Below are positions 48,002 through 57,896 of a stretch of DNA of 64,000 bases, in pieces. Each line of letters opens with the position of its first letter. Within the stretch, counting starts at the first letter, position 1. The position numbers and the translations under genes were made by a program. The notes below the pieces were generated by a model, which worked only from the letters and a program-made list of their open reading frames with translations, did not search any database and had not been told where the DNA came from. This stretch comes from Clostridiales bacterium DTU033 (GTDB lineage: Bacteria > Bacillota > Clostridia > Oscillospirales > Acutalibacteraceae). The stretch covers positions 7,742 through 71,741 of the forward strand of contig LFTH01000097.1 of NCBI GenBank assembly GCA_001513365.1, read 5' to 3'.

Positions 48002-48134
48002 ATGCCCAATTCCCTGCCCTTTGTCCCCTGCCCATGCCCCGCTAAAACCTCCCGTTGGTCATAAAGCCATAGGATTTGGAATAAAATATCCTAGTACATG
48101 TCCTGAAAACCAAATTCTTAAGGAGTGTCCGCCG

Positions 48135-50813
48135 ATGGCGCAGTTACCCGCGGTTCTTGACGGGCTGGCTTTGGACCAGGTGGAGCAGTCCAGACGTGAA
48201 TTCGGCTCGAACGAGCTCGCCAGAAAAAAGCGCAGGGGCTTTTTCCTCCGTTTTCTGGACAGCTTTGGAGACCCGATTATCAAGGTGCTGTTGGCTGCTC
48301 TCGCAATTAATTTGATTTTTCTGTTCCGCAATTTCGACTGGTATGACTCCGCCGGAATTGCTATCGCAATCCTCCTTGCGACTTTTGTGTCCACCCTCTC
48401 GGAATACGGGAGCGAATCCGCCTTTGTAAAGCTTCAGGAAGAGGCCGCGCGCGTCAAATGCCGGGTCCGCAGAAACGGGATTGTGGTGCAGGTGCCGATT
48501 GACGATATTGTGGTCGGGGATATTGTCTTGCTTGAGGCCGGAGAGCAGATACCGGCGGACGGCGAAATAATCGAGGGGGCGTTAAAGGTCGACCAGTCCG
48601 CGCTGAACGGGGAAAGCCGGGAAGCCGAAAAAAAACCCGGATATAGCGGGGACAGCCGAGATTTTTTCTCAAAAAACCGGCTGTTCCGCGGCAGCGTGGT
48701 CTGTTCGGGCGAAGGGGTCATGCAGGTGCACAAGGTGGGCGATTCCACATTATACGGCAGCATGGCCAGTGAGGTGCAGGAGGAAACGCGGGAAAGCCCG
48801 CTTAAAGTAAGGCTTGGCCGGCTTGCAAGGACTCTGAGCAGGCTGGGATACTGCGCGGCAATTCTGGTGGCGCTGGCGGATTTATTCTATTCCCTGCTAA
48901 TAAAAAACGGAATGAGCATAAATCAGGCGTTAAATATGATGACCCGCTGCCCTTCTGTGTTTTTTGAACACCTGCTCCATGCCGCAACCCTTGCGATTAC
49001 AGTTGTGGTGGTGGCAGTCCCCGAAGGGCTTCCGATGATGATTACTGTGGTGCTTTCCTCAAACATGCGCAAAATGCTTAAGGACAACGTTCTGGTGCGA
49101 AAGCTGGTAGGAATAGAAACGTCAGGCAGCCTGAACATACTGTTTGCCGACAAAACAGGCACCCTGACACGCGGGCGGCTGAAGGTTGCGAGTTTTGTCT
49201 GCGGCGACGGCAGTGAGCACAACAGCTTTTCTGCCCTTAAAAGAAAAAAGGGGCTGTGGGAGCTTGTGGAATTGTCCGGTATATTCAACACCGGCAGCAC
49301 CATCACCGCCGGCAAAGTGCTCGGCGGGAATGCGACCGACCGCGCTTTGATTAGATTTATCTCGCCCGCTAGCCCAAGCTTACGAGGAGAATACATAAAA
49401 AAAGGCTCTGTCCCCTTTGACAGCGCCTACAAGTTTTCGGCGGCGACGATTATCCCCAAAACAAAAATCCCTGCCGGCAGACAAATTGTACTGATAAAAG
49501 GCGCGCCGGAAATAATCCTTCCTTACTGCGACAGGTATTTTAACGACAGCGGCAAAGCAATTCAGCTTGAAAGCCGGCTGCGGCTCGAAAGCAAAATGAA
49601 ACAGATGGCAAAAAACGCGGTGCGGGTGCTTGCGCTTGCAGTTTCGGAAGCTCCCGTAACCCGCCGCGGCGATTTTTCGCGCCTTATTCTAATCGGGCTT
49701 GTCGGGATACGCGACGAACTGAGGCCGAAAGCGCGCTGCGCGGTCAAACAAATAAGCAGAGCGGGAATACAGGTTGTGCTGATTACCGGGGACAACAGGG
49801 AAACTGCCGCGGCGGTCGCAAAAGAATCCGGGCTGATTACCGGCAAGGACGGGGAGCAGGTGATAACCAGCAGTGAGCTGTCGGCCTTAAGCGACAGCGA
49901 GGTTAAAAAGCGGCTGCCCTCAATACGGGTGGTGGCGCGGGCGTTGCCCACCGACAAAAGCCGACTGGTGAGGCTGGCGCAGGAGTTAGGGCTGGTGGTC
50001 GGCATGACCGGAGACGGCATTAACGACGCTCCGGCCTTAAAAAGGGCGGATGTGGGTTTCGCGATGGGCAGCGGCACCGAAATCGCCAAAGAAGCCGGCG
50101 ATATCGTAATCCTCGACGACAATATCGCCTCGATAGCAAAGGCTGTGATGTACGGCAGGACAATATTCAAGAGTATCCGAAAATTCATAATCTTTCAGCT
50201 TACCATGAACTTAAGCGCGGTCGGCATTTCGGTCGTCGGCCCGTTTATCGGGATTGACACTCCGGTAACAGTAATTCAAATGCTGTGGATTAACATCATC
50301 ATGGACACCCTTGCAGGGCTTGCGTTTGCCGGCGAACCCCCGCTTGACGAATACATGCGCGAGCCCCCGAAACGGCGGGAAGAGCCCGTGCTCAACCGTT
50401 ATATGCTTCACTCGATTTTATGTATGGGGATTTTTAAAGTGGTTTTATGCGTGCTATTTTTAAAACTTAAGCACTTCCGCGCGCTTTTCAGATACACCGG
50501 AAATCCGGTTTACTTTATGACCGCTTTTTTCGCTCTTTTCATCTTCGCGGGGATTTTCAACTGTTTCAACGCGCGCACATACAGGATTAACCTGCTTGCG
50601 CACATCAGGAAAAACCCGATGTTTATCCTGATAATGGCTGCGGTCGCCGCAATCCAGCTCTTGCTGATTTATTACGGCGGCAGCCTGTTTCGCACCGCCG
50701 GCCTGACTTTTTTTGAGCTTGTAAGAGTGATTATGATTGCTTTTCTGGTGGTGCCGGTGGACTGTATCAGAAAACTGGTTTTAAGGCTTTTTGGGCGCAA
50801 GGGGATAGTTTAA
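48135..50813 (+). CDS. P-type ATPase, Ca2+-transporting (P2) type
   Basis: DKTGTLT, PEGLP in TM4, TGDN and GDGINDAPAL. ATG 48135 follows AAGGAG. The ORF track opens at 48021. Confidence 0.9.
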   Translation: MAQLPAVLDGLALDQVEQSRREFGSNELARKKRRGFFLRFLDSFGDPIIKVLLAALAINLIFLFRNFDWYDSAGIAIAILLATFVSTLSEYGSESAFVKLQEEAARVKCRVRRNGIVVQVPIDDIVVGDIVLLEAGEQIPADGEIIEGALKVDQSALNGESREAEKKPGYSGDSRDFFSKNRLFRGSVVCSGEGVMQVHKVGDSTLYGSMASEVQEETRESPLKVRLGRLARTLSRLGYCAAILVALADLFYSLLIKNGMSINQALNMMTRCPSVFFEHLLHAATLAITVVVVAVPEGLPMMITVVLSSNMRKMLKDNVLVRKLVGIETSGSLNILFADKTGTLTRGRLKVASFVCGDGSEHNSFSALKRKKGLWELVELSGIFNTGSTITAGKVLGGNATDRALIRFISPASPSLRGEYIKKGSVPFDSAYKFSAATIIPKTKIPAGRQIVLIKGAPEIILPYCDRYFNDSGKAIQLESRLRLESKMKQMAKNAVRVLALAVSEAPVTRRGDFSRLILIGLVGIRDELRPKARCAVKQISRAGIQVVLITGDNRETAAAVAKESGLITGKDGEQVITSSELSALSDSEVKKRLPSIRVVARALPTDKSRLVRLAQELGLVVGMTGDGINDAPALKRADVGFAMGSGTEIAKEAGDIVILDDNIASIAKAVMYGRTIFKSIRKFIIFQLTMNLSAVGISVVGPFIGIDTPVTVIQMLWINIIMDTLAGLAFAGEPPLDEYMREPPKRREEPVLNRYMLHSILCMGIFKVVLCVLFLKLKHFRALFRYTGNPVYFMTAFFALFIFAGIFNCFNARTYRINLLAHIRKNPMFILIMAAVAAIQLLLIYYGGSLFRTAGLTFFELVRVIMIAFLVVPVDCIRKLVLRLFGRKGIV

Positions 50814-50898
50814 ACCCTGTTTTTCAGCAAAGCGCGAAAGCCCCTGAACGCCGGCTGCCCTAAAACTTCGGCAAACCCGGCAATCCGACTTAAAACAA

Positions 50899-50927
50899 TT
50901 GACAATCCACCTTTAATTGTTTAGTAT
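50899..50927 (+). promoter_or_regulatory. candidate glyQS promoter
   Basis: TTGACA (50899-50904), 17 nt, TAGTAT (50922-50927). Confidence 0.5.
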
Positions 50928-50989
50928 ATATTGTATTGCAACAGGTAACGCAGGAGCACGTTTTCCTGCCTTGAAAGGATGTCAAACGG

Positions 50990-52363
50990 ATGAAAAACAG
51001 CGAAAAATCAATGGACAGAATAGTCGCGCTCTGCAAAAACAGAGGGTTCATATTTCCGGGCTCGGAAATATACGGCGGGCTCGCAAACACGTGGGATTAC
51101 GGGCCGCTCGGCGTTGAGCTGAAAAACAATGTCAAAAAGGCATGGTGGAAGAAGTTCGTACAGGAAAGCCCTTTGAATGTCGGGCTTGACAGCGCAATTC
51201 TGATGAACCCGAAAACTTGGGTTGCTTCAGGGCATGTCGTAAGCTTCACCGACCCCCTGATGGACTGCAAAAGCTGCAAAACCCGCCACCGCGCGGACAA
51301 GCTGATAGAAGATTTCGGCGCAAATCCGGCAGGCTGGGACTTTAAGAAGATGAAAGCCTATATTGACGAGAACGGCATAAACTGCCCAAACTGCGGCAAG
51401 CATGATTTTACCGATATACGCACCTTTAACCTTATGTTCAAGACTTTTCAGGGCGTAACCGAGGATTCGAAAAACGAGCTGTACCTGCGTCCGGAAACAG
51501 CGCAGGGGATTTTCGTAAATTTCGCCAATGCTCAAAGAAGCATGCGGAGAAAAATCCCGTTCGGGATAGCGCAAATCGGCAAGAGCTTCCGCAACGAGAT
51601 TACGCCCGGCAATTTCATTTTCCGCACCCGTGAATTTGAGCAGATGGAGCTTGAGTTTTTCTGCAAACCCGGCACCAACCTCGAATGGTTCTCATACTGG
51701 AAGGATTTCTGCATAAACTGGCTGCTTTCGCTCGGTCTGCAAAAGGTGAATATCCGCATGCGCGACCACGAGCCGGAGGAGCTTTCGCACTATTCAAACG
51801 CCACCACCGATATCGAGTTCCTGTTCCCGTTCGGATGGGGCGAGCTGTGGGGGATTGCCGACCGCACAGATTACGATTTGCGGCAGCATTCGGAATACTC
51901 CGGTCAAAAGCTGGATTATTTCGATGCCGAAACTAACGAACGCTATATCCCCTATGTCGTCGAACCGTCGCTCGGCGTCGACAGGATGGTATTGGCCCTG
52001 CTTTGCGACGCCTATGACGAGGAAACACTTGACGATAACGACAGCAGGGTGGTTTTGCGCCTGCACCCGGCAATCGCTCCGGTTAAAGCAGCGGTTCTGC
52101 CGCTGTCTAAAAAGCTCGGCCCGGAAACATTCAAAATCTACGAGTCTTTGTCCAAATACTTTGTATCCGATTATGACGATACCGGTTCAATCGGCAAGAG
52201 ATACCGTCGTCAGGACGAGATTGGCACCCCCTACTGCATCACCTACGATTTTGACAGTGCGAACGACGGTTGTGTAACGGTGCGCGACCGTGATACAATG
52301 GAGCAGGAGCGCATTCCTGTTGACAAGGTCGTTGAATACATTACGGAAAGAATTTTTTACTGA
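50990..52363 (+). CDS. glyQS: glycine--tRNA ligase (alpha2 type)
   Basis: 457 aa. [10 protein letters not shown] and [23 protein letters not shown]. Confidence 0.95.
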   Translation: MKNSEKSMDRIVALCKNRGFIFPGSEIYGGLANTWDYGPLGVELKNNVKKAWWKKFVQESPLNVGLDSAILMNPKTWVASGHVVSFTDPLMDCKSCKTRHRADKLIEDFGANPAGWDFKKMKAYIDENGINCPNCGKHDFTDIRTFNLMFKTFQGVTEDSKNELYLRPETAQGIFVNFANAQRSMRRKIPFGIAQIGKSFRNEITPGNFIFRTREFEQMELEFFCKPGTNLEWFSYWKDFCINWLLSLGLQKVNIRMRDHEPEELSHYSNATTDIEFLFPFGWGELWGIADRTDYDLRQHSEYSGQKLDYFDAETNERYIPYVVEPSLGVDRMVLALLCDAYDEETLDDNDSRVVLRLHPAIAPVKAAVLPLSKKLGPETFKIYESLSKYFVSDYDDTGSIGKRYRRQDEIGTPYCITYDFDSANDGCVTVRDRDTMEQERIPVDKVVEYITERIFY

Positions 52364-52378
52364 TGAAAGAGGTTCCCG

Positions 52379-53383
52379 ATGAGTTACTGGAAGCGGTCAA
52401 ATCACCGTCTTTTCCGAAAAAACCGGTACAACGACCGGTTTATAAGGTATTTGCTGATATCCCTGCTTGCGGTAATGTTTATAACAGTGATAGTTTTGTT
52501 TGCGGTTGCGAATAATAAACCGGACAAATCCGGCGCTTCCTCAACAACTGCAACCACCACAACCAATACTACGACGACTATCACAACGACTACAACCACC
52601 GCCACTACAACAGACACAACCGCCGTGGCTGAAACCGCCGGCACAACTCTTGTGGATAATAGCACAAAACTGATAAAACCCGTCGGGGACGAATATTTTG
52701 ACGACGCTTGCTTTATCGGCGATTCGCGCACTCAGGGGCTTAAGCTGTATTCCGCCCCGAAAAACGCGACTTTCTACGCCGAAAAAGGGATGACGGTTGC
52801 AGGCTTTTTTAACAAAAAGGCGTTCAATAACAAAACCATGACTGCCGAACAGACGCTGAAGAAAAACAAGAAAAAGTTCGGCAAAGTATATATCATGCTT
52901 GGGCTGAATGAGCTGGCATGGCCGAGCGTGGACAGCTTTATCCAAAGGTATGGCGAGGTGGTGGATTCGGTTAAATCCTCCCAGCCGGGCGCAAAGGTCT
53001 TCGTCCAGTCCATACTCCCCGTTTCGGCTAAAAAATCCGCAAGCCACCAGAGCTTCAACAATCCGCGGATAAAAAAATACAACGAGCTGATTTACAAGAT
53101 GTGCGTAAAGAAAAAAGTAATCTACCTCAATGTCGCCGAAGCAGTTCAGGATAAGGACGGATATCTCCCCGCAAAGGCGACCACCGACGGAATACACATG
53201 AACAAGGAATACTGCGACAAGTGGATGTACTATATAAGGACTCACACCGATGTCCCGATAGCCGGCGAAACCACTCCGACAAAAACTGCCGATACATCCG
53301 TCGGGCCCGCCTCAACATCTTATACCAGCGCCACCCAAACATCAATCGCGGCAAACACAACCGCTACCACGGCACAAAAATAA
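52379..53383 (+). CDS. membrane-anchored SGNH/GDSL-type hydrolase with Thr-rich linkers
   Basis: N-terminal TM, then a Thr-rich tract (about 52538-52621). Block I FIGDSRTQG and block V DGIHMN. Thr/Ser/Ala-rich C-terminal tail. Confidence 0.7.
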   Translation: MSYWKRSNHRLFRKNRYNDRFIRYLLISLLAVMFITVIVLFAVANNKPDKSGASSTTATTTTNTTTTITTTTTTATTTDTTAVAETAGTTLVDNSTKLIKPVGDEYFDDACFIGDSRTQGLKLYSAPKNATFYAEKGMTVAGFFNKKAFNNKTMTAEQTLKKNKKKFGKVYIMLGLNELAWPSVDSFIQRYGEVVDSVKSSQPGAKVFVQSILPVSAKKSASHQSFNNPRIKKYNELIYKMCVKKKVIYLNVAEAVQDKDGYLPAKATTDGIHMNKEYCDKWMYYIRTHTDVPIAGETTPTKTADTSVGPASTSYTSATQTSIAANTTATTAQK

Positions 53384-53399
53384 AGAAAGGAAAATAGGA

Positions 53400-53852
53400 A
53401 TGACAAAGTTTAAAGTTCTCGCTGCAGTTTTTGCCTTTCTGACGATTTTTATTGCGGGCTGTTCGTCAAAAGATGTTGAAATCGACATCAACGCGCTTGC
53501 CGACGACCTGAAAAACAGCGTGCCCTTTGCCGACACTCTGGAAGAACCGGTGAATACGGCTTACGAGATTAATGAAGCGGATTTAAAAGGGCAGAAAGTC
53601 TATATCAGCACCGGAGCGACCGCCGAGGAAATCGCGGTGTTTGAGGCTGTGGACAAACAGGCTGCAGACCGGATTTTGAAAGTTGTCGAGTCCTATATCG
53701 AATACCAGATTGAAGAATTTGAGGATTACAACCCGGCAGAAGTCAAAAAACTGAGCGACCCGGTATTGGTGAAAAAAGGAAGGTACGTAATCCTCTGTGT
53801 CTCGGACGACAACGCCGCCGCCAAGGCATGTATCGATAAGTACGTAAAATAA
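53400..53852 (+). CDS. DUF4358-like lipoprotein
   Basis: Lipobox LTIFIAGC, 150 aa. Typical partner of MBOAT/DHHW genes in Clostridia (from memory). Confidence 0.65.
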   Translation: MTKFKVLAAVFAFLTIFIAGCSSKDVEIDINALADDLKNSVPFADTLEEPVNTAYEINEADLKGQKVYISTGATAEEIAVFEAVDKQAADRILKVVESYIEYQIEEFEDYNPAEVKKLSDPVLVKKGRYVILCVSDDNAAAKACIDKYVK

Positions 53853-53867
53853 AACCGGAGGTTTAAA

Positions 53868-55286
53868 ATGGTTTTCAGCAGCCTGCTTTTCCTTTTTTAT
53901 TTCCTGCCGGCCGTAATTCTCATATATTTCATTATCCCCGGAAAATTTAAAAACTTCTGGCTTCTGGTAGCCAGCCTGTTCTTCTATGCGTGGGGCGAGC
54001 CGGTGTACGCGCTGCTCATGATAGCGGTTATCCTGCTTAATTATTTCCATGGTTTGTTAATACAGCGGCTAAAAAATTCGGGGCGGTTGAAAACCGCCCG
54101 TTTTGCATTGGTTTTGTGCGTTGCCCTGAACCTCGGCGCGCTCGGCTTTTTTAAATACGCAGATTTCATAATCAGAAACATCAACCATATTCCGGGCATT
54201 TCCATCCCGCTTGTCGGCGTCGCGCTGCCGATTGGGGTGTCTTTTTTTACCTTTCAGGCATTGTCATATACAATTGACGTCTACCGCGGGGACGTGAACG
54301 CGCAGAACAATCTGGTGGCTTTCGGGACGTTCGTCGCGCTATTCCCGCAGCTTATCGCCGGGCCGATTATCCAGTATAAAACAATAGACCAGCAGCTAAT
54401 CCACCGCGAGCATTCTTTTGATAAGTTCGGGGACGGCGTCAGAAGGTTTATTGTGGGTCTGGCCAAGAAAGTGCTGATAGCCAACACTGTGGGCGAGCTA
54501 TGGTCAAATATTTCCGGCGCTGGCGGCTCCCCCCTGCCTGTCGTTACCGCGTGGATTGGCATTCTGGCGTTTACTTTTCAGATATACTTCGATTTTTCCG
54601 GATACTCGGATATGGCAATCGGGCTTGGAAAAATGTTCGGGTTTGAGTTTCTGGAAAACTTCGATTACCCGTATATGTCAAAAAGCATTACCGAATTCTG
54701 GCGCCGCTGGCATATTTCACTCGGTACCTGGTTCAGAGACTACGTATATATCCCTCTGGGAGGCAACCGCAAAGGGCTTCCGAAACAGATACGCAACATC
54801 CTGATAGTATGGCTTTTAACAGGTATCTGGCATGGCGCAAGCTGGAATTTTGTGGTCTGGGGAATATACTTCGGTATTCTGCTTATGGTAGAAAAGCTGT
54901 TCCTGCTGCGGGTGCTTGAGCGGTTGCCGGCGGCAGTTTCGCGGATATACACCATGCTTATCGTCATCATAAGCTGGGCGATTTTTGCGTTTGACAAGCT
55001 GTCGGACGGCATATCATACATAGGCTGGATGTTCGGCGCAAGCGGCATCCTTTTCGACAGCAAATCAATATATCTGTTACTGACAAATTTCGTGCTGCTG
55101 TTAATCGGCTGCATAGGCAGCACGGATTATCCGAAACGGCTTGTAAGCAAGCTTGAAAGCAGGCTTGGAAAAAGCCCAAAAATCTCCACCTGCGGAGCCT
55201 GCGCAATTCTGTTTATAATTGCAATTTTGTGTGTGGCTTATCTGGTTGACGCTTCTTACAACCCGTTCTTGTATTTCCGTTTTTGA
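53868..55286 (+). CDS. MBOAT family O-acyltransferase (AlgI/DltB-like)
   Basis: 472 aa polytopic protein with FWRRWHISLGTWFRDYVYIPLGGNR, which carries the conserved His. Confidence 0.88.
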   Translation: MVFSSLLFLFYFLPAVILIYFIIPGKFKNFWLLVASLFFYAWGEPVYALLMIAVILLNYFHGLLIQRLKNSGRLKTARFALVLCVALNLGALGFFKYADFIIRNINHIPGISIPLVGVALPIGVSFFTFQALSYTIDVYRGDVNAQNNLVAFGTFVALFPQLIAGPIIQYKTIDQQLIHREHSFDKFGDGVRRFIVGLAKKVLIANTVGELWSNISGAGGSPLPVVTAWIGILAFTFQIYFDFSGYSDMAIGLGKMFGFEFLENFDYPYMSKSITEFWRRWHISLGTWFRDYVYIPLGGNRKGLPKQIRNILIVWLLTGIWHGASWNFVVWGIYFGILLMVEKLFLLRVLERLPAAVSRIYTMLIVIISWAIFAFDKLSDGISYIGWMFGASGILFDSKSIYLLLTNFVLLLIGCIGSTDYPKRLVSKLESRLGKSPKISTCGACAILFIIAILCVAYLVDASYNPFLYFRF

Positions 55287-55303
55287 AAGGAGTGCGGGCT
55301 TAT

Positions 55304-56449
55304 ATGAACAAAAAGGCGGTATCAATCTGCTTTGCAATCCTGCTGTTTGGGGTTTCAATTACAAATCTTTTTGCTCCAAAGAGAGACTTTTCGGAATATG
55401 AGAACAGGTACCTTCAGCAGTTCCCCGATTTAAACGCGGAAGACATCCTCTCCGGCAAGTTTTCAAAGGATTTTGTAGCCTTCACTTCCGACCAGTTCAT
55501 TGGCAGGAACGGATGGATAAGCCTGAAAACGATTTCCGATTTGGCTGTCCTGAAGCGGGATAACGGGCGGGTCTATTTTGGCAAAAACGGCACTCTGTTT
55601 GACGCGGGCGAAAAAATCGATTTGGAACAGCTTGAGAAAAATATGGGCTTTTTGGCCGATTATATCACACTGCTGAAAAGCCGCCTGCCTCAGTTAAATG
55701 CCTCAATCCTGCTGGTACCCACTTCCAGTGAAATCCTGTCGGAGTACCTGCCGCCATATGCTCCGGTACCTGAACAGCAGGCCGCGATTGACATGGTTGT
55801 TGAAAAACTCAGTAAGACGGCGTCGGTTTATGACCCGACAAAGCTATTGAAAGAGAATAAAGTCAATTACCTTTACTACCGCACCGACCACCACTGGACG
55901 ACCGACGGGGCTTACCTCGTCTATGCGGGCTGGGCAAGGGAAATCGGGCTGACGCCGCTGTCTGAACAGGATTTTACAATAAAGAAGATTTCTTCGTCCT
56001 TTTACGGCGCGCTGCATTCCAAAGCCAACCTGATGACAATAAAACCAGATAGTGTGAATGTATATTGCTTTACAGATGATGTTCAGGTATTAGCTGATTT
56101 TGGCGGCGGCGATAAAAGGGATTCCCTGTATTTTGAGGAGTTTATTCAAAAAAAAGACGTTTACTCGTATTTTCTCGGTGGCAACAAACCGCTTGTGGAC
56201 ATCGCCACCAACGCCGATAACGGCAAAACTATCATGGTTATCAAAGACTCGTTCGCCAACTGCTTTATCCCCTTTCTGACAAAGCACTACCAAAGGATTA
56301 TTGTGGCAGACCCTCGGCACCTCAATACCGATTACCTTGAGCTTGCTGAGCAGAGCGGCATTACCGATTTACTGGTTTTATACAACGTACCGAACTTCAG
56401 CAGTGATAAGAACCTGTCAAAGTTAACGGCAAACAAAAAGGGAGGTTAA
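55304..56449 (+). CDS. DHHW-motif protein (AlgJ/AlgX-like SGNH partner of MBOAT)
   Basis: N-terminal anchor and YYRTDHHWT motif. ATG 55304; the ORF opens at TTG 55283. Confidence 0.75.
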   Translation: MNKKAVSICFAILLFGVSITNLFAPKRDFSEYENRYLQQFPDLNAEDILSGKFSKDFVAFTSDQFIGRNGWISLKTISDLAVLKRDNGRVYFGKNGTLFDAGEKIDLEQLEKNMGFLADYITLLKSRLPQLNASILLVPTSSEILSEYLPPYAPVPEQQAAIDMVVEKLSKTASVYDPTKLLKENKVNYLYYRTDHHWTTDGAYLVYAGWAREIGLTPLSEQDFTIKKISSSFYGALHSKANLMTIKPDSVNVYCFTDDVQVLADFGGGDKRDSLYFEEFIQKKDVYSYFLGGNKPLVDIATNADNGKTIMVIKDSFANCFIPFLTKHYQRIIVADPRHLNTDYLELAEQSGITDLLVLYNVPNFSSDKNLSKLTANKKGG

Positions 56450-56466
56450 AACCCTCCTTTTTTTGT
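56435..56466. terminator. bidirectional terminator between the DHHW gene and radA
   Basis: aaaaagggagg / cctccttttt arms flank a 7-nt loop, with A-tract and T-tract on either side. Confidence 0.6.
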
Positions 56467-56498
56467 TTGTATTTAAACCGGTTATGCCGGCAAAACAG

Positions 56499-57857
56499 TC
56501 ATACTACACTTTCAAAAGCCTCGCGCACGGTTTTTGCGCCGATAAGCTCAACGCCCTGATGGCCGCTTAATCTTTTTAGATTTTGATACGGCAGCAGTAT
56601 CCTTTTAAAACCCAGTCTTACTGCCTCGCTTATTCTGGCTTCGATATTGGACACCGAACGGATTTCGCCCGCAAGCCCGATTTCGCCGAAAGCCACAACA
56701 TCATCGCCGACCGACTGGTCCTTTAAGCTTGATATAAGCGAGAGGGCGACCGGCAAATCGCAGGCGGGCTCGTCAAGCCGCAAGCCGCCTACCACATTGA
56801 CGTATGCGTCCATATTCGAAAAAAAGTAGCCCGAACGTTTTTCAAGCACCGCGAGCAGCAGCGACAGCCGGTTATAGTCAAATCCGGTAGCCATCCGTCT
56901 GGGATTTCCGAACCCCGTCGGGGTAACAAGCCCCTGCACCTCGGCGAGCAGCGGGCGCGTCCCTTCCATCTTGCAGGCGACGCATGTCCCGCTGACGTTG
57001 CGGGGCCTGCCCGAAAGTAGCATCATTGACGGGTTTTCAACCTCCAAAAGCCCGTGGTCGCTCATTTCAAAGACGCCTATTTCATTGGTGGAGCCGTACC
57101 TGTTTTTTATGCACCTGAGTATCCTGTAACTTGTGTTCCTGTCCCCCTCAAAATACAGCACACAGTCCACGATATGCTCCATTACCTTCGGGCCGGCTAT
57201 CGCGCCGTCTTTGTTCACGTGGCTGACGATAAAAGCGGGGATTTCCTCAGCTTTGGCGGCCTTCATAATCGCAGATGTGGATTCGCGGACCTGTGTAACG
57301 CTGCCAGCTGCGGACGCAATGGCTTCGAGGGTCATGGTCTGTATCGAGTCTATAATAAGTAAGTCCGGCGTCTCGTGGCTGATATACTGGATTATGGTGT
57401 CCACATCGGTCTCACAGACTATGTAAAGATTGCCGTTTGCAATCCCCAGCCTGTCCGCGCGCAGTTTAATCTGCCTCAAAGACTCCTCGCCGGACACATA
57501 TAAAATCTTGTTATTATCGTCAATATACCGGCATATCTGAAGCAACAGCGTGGATTTGCCGATACCGGGGTCCCCGCCGATTAACACCAGCGAACCGGGC
57601 ACTATCCCGCCGCCCAGCACCCTGTCCAGTTCTCCCAGTCCGGTTTTCAGCCGTCTCTCCCCTTTTGGCTGGATGTCCGAAACAGGCTGAAGTTTCTGAA
57701 TGCTCCTTGTTTTTTGCGGCTTTGAGGCTGCCGGACGGGCGGATACCACTTCCTCCTGCATGGTGTTCCACTCACCGCAGGATGTGCATTTGCCGTACCA
57801 TTTCGGGGATTCAAAACCGCACTGGGTACATATATAAACCGTCCTGTCTTTAGGCAT
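56499..57857 (-). CDS. radA: DNA repair protein RadA/Sms
   Basis: N-terminal zinc finger CTQCG...CTSCGEW, Walker A GDPGIGKST, KNRYG, and a Lon-like C-terminal domain. Confidence 0.95.
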   Translation of the reverse strand: MPKDRTVYICTQCGFESPKWYGKCTSCGEWNTMQEEVVSARPAASKPQKTRSIQKLQPVSDIQPKGERRLKTGLGELDRVLGGGIVPGSLVLIGGDPGIGKSTLLLQICRYIDDNNKILYVSGEESLRQIKLRADRLGIANGNLYIVCETDVDTIIQYISHETPDLLIIDSIQTMTLEAIASAAGSVTQVRESTSAIMKAAKAEEIPAFIVSHVNKDGAIAGPKVMEHIVDCVLYFEGDRNTSYRILRCIKNRYGSTNEIGVFEMSDHGLLEVENPSMMLLSGRPRNVSGTCVACKMEGTRPLLAEVQGLVTPTGFGNPRRMATGFDYNRLSLLLAVLEKRSGYFFSNMDAYVNVVGGLRLDEPACDLPVALSLISSLKDQSVGDDVVAFGEIGLAGEIRSVSNIEARISEAVRLGFKRILLPYQNLKRLSGHQGVELIGAKTVREAFESVV

Positions 57858-57896
57858 TTCAGTAATCCTTGCCTTTCCACAAGTTTATAGCTTTGA

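Noticed and set aside
47938-48134. M-box or yybP-ykoY riboswitch ahead of the P-type ATPase
   Set aside because: No GGGGAGTAG-type or M-box core is seen. Only the C-rich tract reported separately is there.
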